A program made the translations under genes and the position numbers. 64,000 nt of DNA from the NCBI GenBank assembly GCA_053919585.1, contig CM132813.1; one strand, written 5' to 3'. The notes under the pieces were generated by a model. It was not told the DNA's origin and searched no databases. It saw only the letters and a program-made list of their open reading frames with translations. How positions within the stretch are numbered: position 1 is the stretch's first letter; every line of letters starts with the position of its first letter. This document shows, piece by piece, positions 16,805 through 27,300 of the stretch. This stretch comes from Euprymna scolopes. Its lineage: Eukaryota.

Positions 16805-17620
16805 CTTTTTCTAATTTGAGAACATAATTTTTTCCTCAAATCTGGTCTCTCTGTAGAACCTCTTCCACAACTCCTTGTAACACACTGTCTCACTATTCAC
16901 CATATCTTCCCAATCAGTTCCTTTTGCTATTTTAAATAACTGCAGGTTGTTCTAAGCCATCCAGATATCGGGTAGTAGCCAACAGGTAGAAAACATTTCA
17001 TGCCGTCTCATTTCATCATGTATCTTTGACAGGTCTTTTCATGAAGAGCATTCTTTCTGTACTGTGTGTATTAAGCAGGAGACCTAACACTGTTTTTACA
17101 TTCCATGACTCTGGTGGTTTTGCCGTGAGGCTAAACTTGACAAGATGACATACAAGTTCCACTGCTGACACGTCTATTTCATTGATCAGAATGTCATCTA
17201 CATACGAATCTGTGTTATTTCTGATGAGGTCCTTTTTACTGAGCACAGTTTTCAAAATTTTTGCCATGACTTTTGGGCCAACATTTAATCTAAACCCCAA
17301 ACTCGTCAGACAATAGGTCAGTCCTTCATACGGAACCAATTGGAACTTCCAGAAATGTCTTGTAACATGAATTTGTAAATATATGCATGTCAAATTCACA
17401 ACCTTTGTCGCCTTCCTCCACGTCTTCATAGTTTCTCCATAGACATCAATTGTGTTTCAACCAGAGTGACACATGATATATTTATTTAGTTCTGGTCTTT
17501 GTTCCTCGTGGGTTGTATCACTACCATTATGGGAAGCACTCCTATTTTTACATCTTGATCCCAAGATACTCGGGTCTTTTCTGCAAGCCATTGTTTCACG
17601 CTGAAGTCCTTGTCCACCAC
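16805..17620 (-). mobile_element. Decayed LTR-retrotransposon (Ty3/gypsy-like) pol fragment: RT, connection and start of RNase H
   Basis: ORF 17016-17429 has RT motifs (YLQIHV, LGFRLNVGPKVM, SYVDDILI, VLGL). Upstream frames read GVLPIMVVIQPTRNK and ELNKYIMCH. Downstream frames read GYYPISGWLRTTCSYLK* and LQGVVEEVLQRDQI*GKNYVLKLEKGIVWCD. Stops and frameshifts are present; no LTR was seen. Confidence 0.88.
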
Positions 17621-18005
17621 ATCACATTAGATTTGAATGTCACGGTTATTTTTTAATAAAATAAAAATGGGATGAATAATTGTAGTGGTTGTGATTCATA
17701 TTCATAAAGACATTAAAGGATTTCAATTAGATAACCACACATTCTGCATTTTGAAAATATGGTGCCTTTTTTTTTTATCCAATCGATATCTTTATAACTC
17801 AGATTTCCAATAATATCATTTGTGTGAGCTATCATCACTGTAACCCTTTTTTCTAATATTCAAAACCATTATTTATTTACTGTTTTGATTGCATATTCCT
17901 CAAAAATGAAAGGGCCAAAAAGCAAATCTTGAGTCGTTTCATTTAAAAACACAATCGGCTTTTGTATTTTCTTCATTTTCTTTAGATCTTTTTTCTTTAT
18001 TTCAG

Positions 18006-18100
18006 GGTTATCTGGAATATTTGGATAAATGTGAGGAAGTTTCGAAAGATCAAATAACAATTTTATTTGGAAATATTGTTCAGATTTATGCATTCAGTCA
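18006..18100 (+). CDS. PLEKHG1: RhoGEF exon (DH domain): [31 protein letters not shown](Q)
   Basis: tttcAG acceptor and GTAAGT donor at 18101; 95 nt, phase 0 to 2; LFGNI motif of DH domains. Confidence 0.92.
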
Positions 18101-18331
18101 GTAAGTACTTTTTCAATTATGTGTTATTTTAGCTAATTTATTGGCATTGATTGAGAGATTTGTCTTGTTGTGACTGATGGAATCAGCTATGATGTGTTCA
18201 AATCGAATTTTGCTAATTATCATACTTTAAAATGGCACAAGTAGACAAATAAAAATGCTACATGAAAAAATTATAGATGAAACTCTCCCAATGACTTTAT
18301 CAAAAAATATAAAAGGAAAACAAAATTTTAA

Positions 18332-18365
<34 letters not shown>

Positions 18366-21300
18366 TTATAAAAAATTAACTCTAATTTTGTTTAAATTCA
18401 CTCCTGAATTTATTTATGATTGTCCCTCATACAACTAACAACTAGTATCTTCAGGTTCTTGACTGAGGTTGCTTGAGAAAACAGTTGTGAATCCTACTAC
18501 ATGATTTGTGCCATTTTTTTATATTTATCCACTTGTGCCATTTTTACCATGCCTATATTACTATGCGGTGTTAAAATCATACTATTTCATGTTTATTTCA
18601 GCATAATGCTGTTGAGAAAAGTATGAACTAACAATTCCACTCAAGAAAGCAACTTGATTCATTGTATATGTCAATCGAACACGTTCGCAATAAATATTAT
18701 TTTATCATTAAACAACCCTAAAAGGACTTATCTGGCATTACACACACTGTTAAACCATTTAACATTGTTTTTTACCTGTCTTTTGAAACATATGTAAGTC
18801 ATTCTAATGAAATACTCATTGCCACCGAAAATATTGGGATTTTTACATTGAAAAACAACAACAAAAATAATCCAATTATAATCCAACCAATTAAAATTGA
18901 TATACAGGTCTTTTGAAAAGTCATGTTGAAACTACATTTTCATTCTAATAAGAAAGTTCTTTACTTTATTGATAATTTTATATAAAAAATCTGACAAGAA
19001 ACCAAATTGGTTATGGATTTGAAACACCAGTTCTCATTGGATCACCAAGTTAAGCAATATTAATGCTGGTCAGCATTAGATACTCTAGATCTATTCCCCC
19101 CCCTCCCCAAAATAGTAGGTTAGACTACATCAAGGCCTTGATAGGACAATTCGCCTAGAAGGGTGAGAACTTTGCAATAGTACTAATCATTCTATGCTTA
19201 ACCAAGCATTACCTTATTGTCCTTTTGTAATACTAATTGTTGACTTGATTACTGCCTTCCCTCAGGGTTTAATCATGGGTCCAACTCCCTGGTCTGCATC
19301 AATGATCGACCAAATCATATTCTTAGATCATTCGTAAACATTTATGCTGACAACACCACAATCTATGGCAACACTTCCAAGACCAGCAATGACTGATATC
19401 TTTCTGATCTTGAGCACGTTGTGCATTGGGGAAAAAGGTGACTGGTTAATTTTAATGCATCTAAAACCAAGCTTATCTCTTCTCATCATAATCATTCTGA
19501 ACTCTATCTGCCCCAATTAAAATGAATGGGGAAGCACCATGTCTTAACAAGTTTTCAGACTGACCTTCACTCCTGAAACAGAACACATACATCAAATCTG
19601 TTGCCAAGATCGATGGAAAAATGGTTGGATCATTCTACCACTCCAGTAGGTGTCTCACTGCCGCTGCAATCCTCTTTGCCACAAGAGCTGTTCAGCCTCT
19701 CATGCCTTAATAGCTCACTGAAACCTCGTAGATGATGCACTTTTTCCCTTGCAGCCTCTTTCCCACAGAGACATTGTGAGTCTGTCTCTGTTCTATCGTT
19801 ATTTTCATGGCAAGTGCTCGTCTGAACTCTAATCTTGCCAAACTTTCACAAAAACACTCAACTAGCTACAACCACTATCAATAATCTTTCCCCTCTCTCA
19901 CTGTGCCTAAATCTAAACTCAGATTCTACAAACACAGCTTCTTCCCCAGAACTGCCCACCTGTGGAACACTGTTCCATTGGTCTGCTTCCCAGCCGACTA
20001 CAGAATGGTAGCCTTCAAGTCTGGTGTAAAAAGTTCTTGCTGAACCGCCTCCTTAAATAATCATATTGTACCCAATTTAAATAATCATATTGTACCCAAT
20101 TTAAATAATCATATTGTACCCAATTTAAATAATCATATTGTACCCAATTTAAATAATCATATTGTACCCAATTTAAATAATCATATTGTACCCAATTTAA
20201 ATAATCATATTGTACCCAATTTAAATAATCATATTGTACCCAATTTAAATAATCATATTGTACCCAATTTAAATAATCATATTGTACCCAATTTAAATAA
20301 TCATATTGTACCCAATTTAAATAATCATATTGTACCCAATTTAAATAATCATATTGTACCCAATTTAAATAATCATATTGTACCCAATTTAAATAATCAT
20401 ATTGTACCCAATTTAAATAATCATATTGTACCCAATTTAAATAATCATATTGTACCTAAGTAACGATTACTACACTACCACCTAACATTCATTAACCCTT
20501 ATCCTTGAGTGGCCTTCATGCCTTGATAAATGGTGACTCTTGTAAAAAAAATCGTTTTTGAAAGTTTACTTGTCAACAGGAAAGCACACCGCATAAATCA
20601 TCTTGCAATGCAACTATGTAATGCTAAAGTAACATTATTAATTGAATTCTTATGAAACCATAGCAACGTTTTTTGTGGCTTCTTTAATGACCAAACAATT
20701 TCTATTGTAAACGATTAATCAAAGACACTTTTATTTTAACAAATAATTGATGAGATGGTTGGTGGAAGAGAGGGTATCATACTTTTTTAAAAGTATAAAT
20801 CTGTGTGTGTGCATGTGTGTCCAGCTATGGGTGAAATAGTAGGGATATAATATTAGGACATAATATTAGGACATAAGTTCGAGGCATAATATGATGGCAT
20901 CATTAAAGGGGTGCAATATTAGGATAGAGTTAATTAGAGCATAATTAAGGAAAAACATTGGCGATTATAGATAACATTTCTAGATGAATCCCATAAACTA
21001 AAAAATGTATCAACATTACTTTTGAAGGAAGCTTAAAAACGTCCATTAAAAAAAAAAACATCAATAAATCATGAAAATAAATGTTAATTTGTTTATCATA
21101 ATTAATATAGTGTTGATTTTCTTTAATTTTATGCATCATTTATGTTTATTTCAAAGCTGCTGTTTAAAAGAATTTGAATAAAAACCACATTTCAAATTGC
21201 TTAAAATACTAGAAAAACCTAAAATCTTATAAATATCAAGATTTGATGTAAATAATATTGATGTAAAAAAAATATTGAATATTTTAAAATTTGAAAAAAA

Positions 21301-24300
21301 ATTAATAAAATAAGAATATCTACCAAATGTTTTAATTTTGTCATTTTTTTTTATTTCAAAGATTTTGTAATCTAATTAAATTATTTTATATTTTAAATGG
21401 TTAATGTATTCAAATATTTCAAAGTGAACCATAAATCGATTGCTGCTAGATGTTGAAATTTCTTTGAGAAGAAATGTCAGAACATATTAAAAATTTAATT
21501 ATTTCCAATAAAAAAAAAATGAATTGCATGAAGACTATGCAGAAATTTCAGATAAGATGTTTGAAAGAATTTTATCTTACTGAAGGTTATACGGATTAAA
21601 GAAAAAGGAGAAAGCAAAATTTAAAAAATTGTATAACAACTTTTTATATTCAAATGAGATTATGCATGTTTTTTGTTTGTTTATTTATTTGTAGTTTTAA
21701 TTTAAGCGTTTTTCCCCAATATGCCCAAGAAAGAATAAATACATAATAAAAAAATAAAAAAAATGGGTTATCTTAAAGTAAAATGATTTTGACAATTTTG
21801 TCTTAAGGTTGTTGATATTTCATAAAAACAAATGAAATGATTCATAAAAATAATTGCGTGTAATGCAACAAAATTATTCCCAGTTATTATCTGTTAATTT
21901 TCATTATCTTCTACTCTTTAAGGTTTTATCTTTGTTTTAAATAACTTGAAGCTTGGAATTAAATTTTAATATTTAACACAAGTTAAAATCTTTACATATT
22001 TCAATGTATTTTTCAATCAAATCAAACCCTTTTATTTTTTTTAGAAGAATCTGTCCCAGGTAAAATAACTTCACCTTTATGAAGATTAAAATCAAGATAT
22101 AATGATACTTTGTCTAGATTCTTTCGATTCTATAAAATGTCTAAAATTTAAGGATTGAAGAATTTTATTGGTGTCAAATTTAATACAAATTTGAAACCTT
22201 TGAATTTTTAAATCGAAAGTTATACGAATAACCTTTTAAAATGTTCTAAAAAAAAAAAAATTGAAATTTGGAAAATGTTTATTGTGTTGTCTAAGCCTAT
22301 TGTTAAAATTTCACAAACACCAGAAATGTCTCAATTTTTGCAAAAGACTTCCATACTCCCTTTGCCGTCTTTTAATAAAACTAAATAAAGCTAAATATAA
22401 CCCACATCATCTATCCTTATACCTAGAAGCTGTGCTCTAAAATTCATAATAATCGGTTAATTAATGTAGAAGTGAATCCTGTATATAGAACTACACAAAC
22501 ATGCCTAACCTTGTGTAGAAAGAAATTTATAACATCTTCTTTTCCTTTCTTTTTCTTTCCTCTTTTCCTTCTCTTTTTTTCTTTTACGAACACTGTTTCA
22601 TTATTCATACTTGTCTGAAATACCTTGACTGTTGTACCCACCCACATTCTTTAGGTGGCTTTTGTCATAGTAACATTCTTGAACTTTCAAACTGAACGTG
22701 TTATTTAATCAACTGATGCCAACTACTATTATTTAGTGATCCATACGTTTTAGTTATCTCGTATCAGTTAATTGTGTCTTCAGTTCTTTCATCAAAGATT
22801 GAACTCGCAACCTCTTGTTATCTGAAGAAGATCAGAGAGTGCAACATCTGAGATGTGATAAACATGACCATAACCAAGACGAGTGTAACAACGTAAAACC
22901 TGTAATGAATGGCAACACTTTGGCTAAGACTAAAGTGGAAGAGAAATCTTTCTAGAGTGAGCCAATCTTAAGTTTTGTATCACTGTAGAGTGCCCCATTT
23001 TGGGGAGCTACGTTTTCCCAACATTGAAAACCGACATGTGTCTAATTCTGCTCTCGTGAGAAATTAAGTAAATACAAGCAATATCTCTTCTCTGGAAAAT
23101 CGTCAGTGTTTCTGTTTGTTTCTCATGACTTCCTCAAAAATTTTAGTTTCCTCAACGTTAGCATTTTTATCTTTGTGAATGTCAGCTAATATACCTTATC
23201 ATGCTATGTCCTATTCATTTTATTATAACATACCTTAGTAATTAACATGTTATCTCAGATTCATTTTATCTTCAGCTCATTCATCCAAGATGAGGGACAA
23301 CACTGTAAAATATGTAATTGAACCACAATAATTTGGCTATGTTAAAATAAAACGGAAATCTTTCTAGATTGAGGCAATCTTAATTTTTGTACAAATTTAG
23401 AGTAACCCATTTTAGGGAGATAAATTTTCCCAACATTAAAGACTGACCTCGTGTTTAACTCTTCTGTCTTATAAGAAGGCAAGTAAATATCTCATCCCTG
23501 CAAAATCATTAAACGATGTTTCTGTTTTAATTTTACATCAAAATTCCACATTTTATTTTACTCAACGTTTGATTGTTAGTATTTTTATCTTTGCAGAATA
23601 ACAGGGCTTTATGTATTCATCAGGGCTTTATGTATTAAATGAAAAATGTTTTTTTGATTAGATTTTGGAAGTGGATCCTGGAAAATTTTCAAGTATGCAA
23701 ACATAAACCTTGTCTTGAACCTTGCAATGAAAGTCGAATTAAGTTGAAAATCCTGCATCCAAAAACATTAGATTTTTTTTAGAGAAAACCCAGATCATTT
23801 AACCTTTCTTTGCATGAACTATATAGAATTGCTTTGCACAAATATTTTTATTTGTAAGAAAATGATCTCTGAGTTTTCAATAATTGTTGATTGCCCATTA
23901 ATTTTGAGAATAACACCCAAGCTGCAACTTGAGAAAAGAGGCATATCAGCATCATCAGAGCATCTACAAAGAAGGAACACAACCACAATGTTGGATAACA
24001 GGCGGTCAGCGAATGTGTTAAAGGTATTGCCACACAAACTTGAGGTTGTGTGCATTGTATGTGCTCTGGGCATCAGAGCAGTATTTTCCAGTGACCAGTG
24101 GGTGTTTAGTTACATTTTGAAGGGTTCATTATTAGACAAAGTTTAAAGTGTAACTTAGAGAACTTAGAGTTGGTACACATCTTCTTGCCTGTGTGGCCGT
24201 GTGCACGACCTGCACATAGAGGGATTACAGTGATGCAAGATGGTGTGCATAACGCCCTTGCTATCTATTTTACAGAAGGAAAAGGTCTAAAGTGTAAATA

Positions 24301-27300
24301 TCGAGTAATTGTTGCTTTCATACTGAATAACTGACATTCACTGGAAGCTTTTTTTTCCCGTTTTTATTCGTTTTCCACTTCAAAAATCTATTTGTTTTAC
24401 AGGAAATTTTTACAAGAACTGGAATTATGTGAAGGAGATCCTTTAAAAGTTGCTGAATGTTTTGTAAAAAATAAAGATAAATTTGTAATTTATGGCGACT
24501 ACTGTACCAACTACCCAAGGTGAGTGATTATTTAAAAATTTCTGAAAAAAAAAAATACTCAACAGATAATGTCAAAGTTGCCCCTTCCCTCAAGTTTTTT
24601 TTTATCAGAAAACTCCTATCTGAAAAGTATCATCGAGCAAATTATCACTGTGGATGGAAAGATTCTTCTTAGTCTTGCTTCATTTTCACCAATCGATCAT
24701 CTAGTGGCTGTGGATTAATGCTGGGTGTTGAAAACTCTAGAAGCCTTGCTCTGCAGTTTGCTTTGACGAATCATTTTTAAGAACACATCTTTTTATATCT
24801 ACTTTTACTCATTTGCCATTGAGTTTACTTATTTTATACTTCCTTTTCTTTCATTCACATGTTTTTGCCACACTTGACCTTCTGACTTTGCTAGACAATC
24901 ATTTGTCCCACCTCTCCTTAAATGTCTCTAAGGACATTCAAACAGAAAGTTTCAACTAGCAAAAATACCCAGCCTTCAATATATACCTTTGAAGATGAAA
25001 AACAGTTTTATTTATAGCAATTCAAAAATTATAGATACTAACAGAACTTAGTATTTGGGATATTTTTTTTCTTTTTTATGAGCTCTGTGCAATTTATATT
25101 CTTTGAGTATGAGGCTGTTTTTTTTGTAAATATATAATTCATAGATTGAGATTGTCGGACTGACTTCCTCATCTTGGTTGTTATAGTCAGAATGTTTGGG
25201 CCGTTTTGCCCTCCGGCCTTCATCAGGTGTTTTGTATCGAACTGGGGAACCGTTTGTTAGGAGTCTCGAACCCAACTGTCACTGTGACATATGGCCGAGT
25301 GGTCCTAGACGTTGTATCAAAGTTTACAGTTACCCAAAGGTGTGGAGTTCAATCCTGAATGAAGGCAGTGAAAAGTAACATTCAAAACAGAGAATCAGCA
25401 ACTATGTCCCAAAGCCTAGCTGGAGTCCGAATACGGTACCCCCATAATAATAATAAAGGGTTGTGTTCGAGACTCCTAACAAATGGTTCCCCAGTTCGAT
25501 ACAAAACACCTGATGAAGGCTGGAGAGCAAAACGGCCGAAACGTTGTGACTATAACAACCAAGATGAGGAAGTCAGTCCGACAATCTCAATCAATGAAAA
25601 CACCTCATCTCAAAAATACAGACAATTACTATATAATTCATAGTTTCATTTCCCATTACTTGATTATAATTGTTTTTGTAACATGTCTCTTGTCAGTCAT
25701 TATTTTTTTGTCTTGTAAAAATATTTGACGGTAAGGTCAAAATTTTTAACAAAAATGAAGGTGCACTGACATTAAAAGTTTTATGAAAAATACAAAAAAA
25801 CCTGTATTTATCAGTTTACCCTGTAGAAAAGTGCCCAGTTGAGGGTGAAGCAATTTTTATGTTTTCTCTAAAAATGCCCCAAATTTCTGAAAAACAAAAA
25901 TTAAATGTAATTATAACAAAACAATCTTTATTTTAGATATGCATTTGTTTTTTTTTTGTTTTTTTGTTAATCAGTGCTTCGTTATATGGTAAATTTTTCC
26001 AAATTAATTTATTAACTGAAACATTTTTGTTATTTAATTAAAAAATTTGGTCATATCAATAGTCAAGTTATTTGTCAACTGAAAACAAAACCTTTTTGAA
26101 ATGAATAACAACTTATTAAATATCTTTACATTTATATTCAGTAAAAATGTCAACAAAGTTTATTCCCTGAATGATCTGATTTTTATGTTATGGACAGCGC
26201 TTTAGGGGGTTATTTATGATGAATAATTTTATACAAGCATATCATATACATGTAGAAAACTATCGTTAATTCAGTGTTCTTTTCGTGCAAAATAGAAGCT
26301 TCTTAATTCAAATTTGTAAATTTGAATTTTGCATATTTTTATTTTTGGATGAATCCATTCTCTGTAAAGAATAATGCATTTTTGAAATTGTTATGCAGGT
26401 AAGAATTTTGTTTTATCTGTTAAAACTAAAAACTTTTTCCTCTTAAATTATAAAATAAGAATATATTTTCTCATTTATTTTGTATCATACGTTGAGTCAA
26501 TTATTTCTTATGAATTGAATGATTTCATCTTAGTTCAACCATTTTCAATCCATTATTTATCCTTTGTTCTTGAATTTATTTGCATTCAATATGGCTTCAG
26601 TGATTTTGATGCACAACATGTTATCTTTCTTTACTGTCTACAATAATTTGCAGCTATTAATTCTAGTCTGCATATATATTATTAAAATTATTTTATCAAG
26701 ATTTTTTTTTCTAATATTTTAGTGCCTTGGAAACCTTAACCAAATGTATGGCTCATCCAAACTTGGCCGATATTTTTAAACAGCGCCAACTCGTTCTGGG
26801 ACATAATCTTCCACTCGGTGCCTATCTATTGAAACCAGTTCAACGGGTTCTTAAATACCATCTACTTCTTCAGGTAAGCTATTGATTATTTTAGTTTTAT
26901 GCAAATTTTAACTTGTACTAACACAAATAAAATTCTAATTTTGAAAAGTTAGAAATAACTTGAGCCAAATAAGAATTAAGTTAATAATTTTCAACTGACA
27001 TGTTAGAGCACACATTGGTGCTGCATAATTTGGAAATAATTTTTACAACATGTGCATGTTGTTCAATGCTACTCTTTGAATAAATCTGACAAAGAAAGTC
27101 AGTTTGATTCTCGAGTTCAGATGTACATAAAATTTCATTTGAAAATCGATATTTGGTCATATTTCGTTTTCTTCCATCATGTTCTTTGCAACAAATTAAT
27201 GTATTTCAATTCGGTTCCTTTAAAAATCTGTTTTGGATAAGAATATTGTTACAATAGAGACTTTTTCACTCATGATTCAAGTGGCTGTTGCTATTAAAAA

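Larger units (their letters stand above)
25097..25625. mobile_element. Non-autonomous Penelope-related element: inverted arm plus tRNA-headed unit ending in a hammerhead-bearing arm
   Basis: 25142-25276 is a close reverse complement of 25460-25594, extending more loosely to 25097 and 25625. The arms carry CTGATGA...GAAACGTT and the spacer holds Pol III A and B boxes. Confidence 0.8.

Noticed and set aside
23814-24146. 110-aa ORF as an exon or gene
   Set aside because: No recognisable domain, and it is not needed for the RhoGEF splice path (18100 joins 24403 in phase). It may be an unrecognised transposon relic.
25284-25368. Functional tRNA-Leu gene
   Set aside because: The acceptor stem and anticodon loop are non-canonical, and it is embedded in a repeat, so it was treated as a SINE head.
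25038-25728. Pairs of similar short ORFs on opposite strands (e.g. [13 protein letters not shown])
   Set aside because: They are simply the two arms of the inverted repeat; there is no coding evidence.
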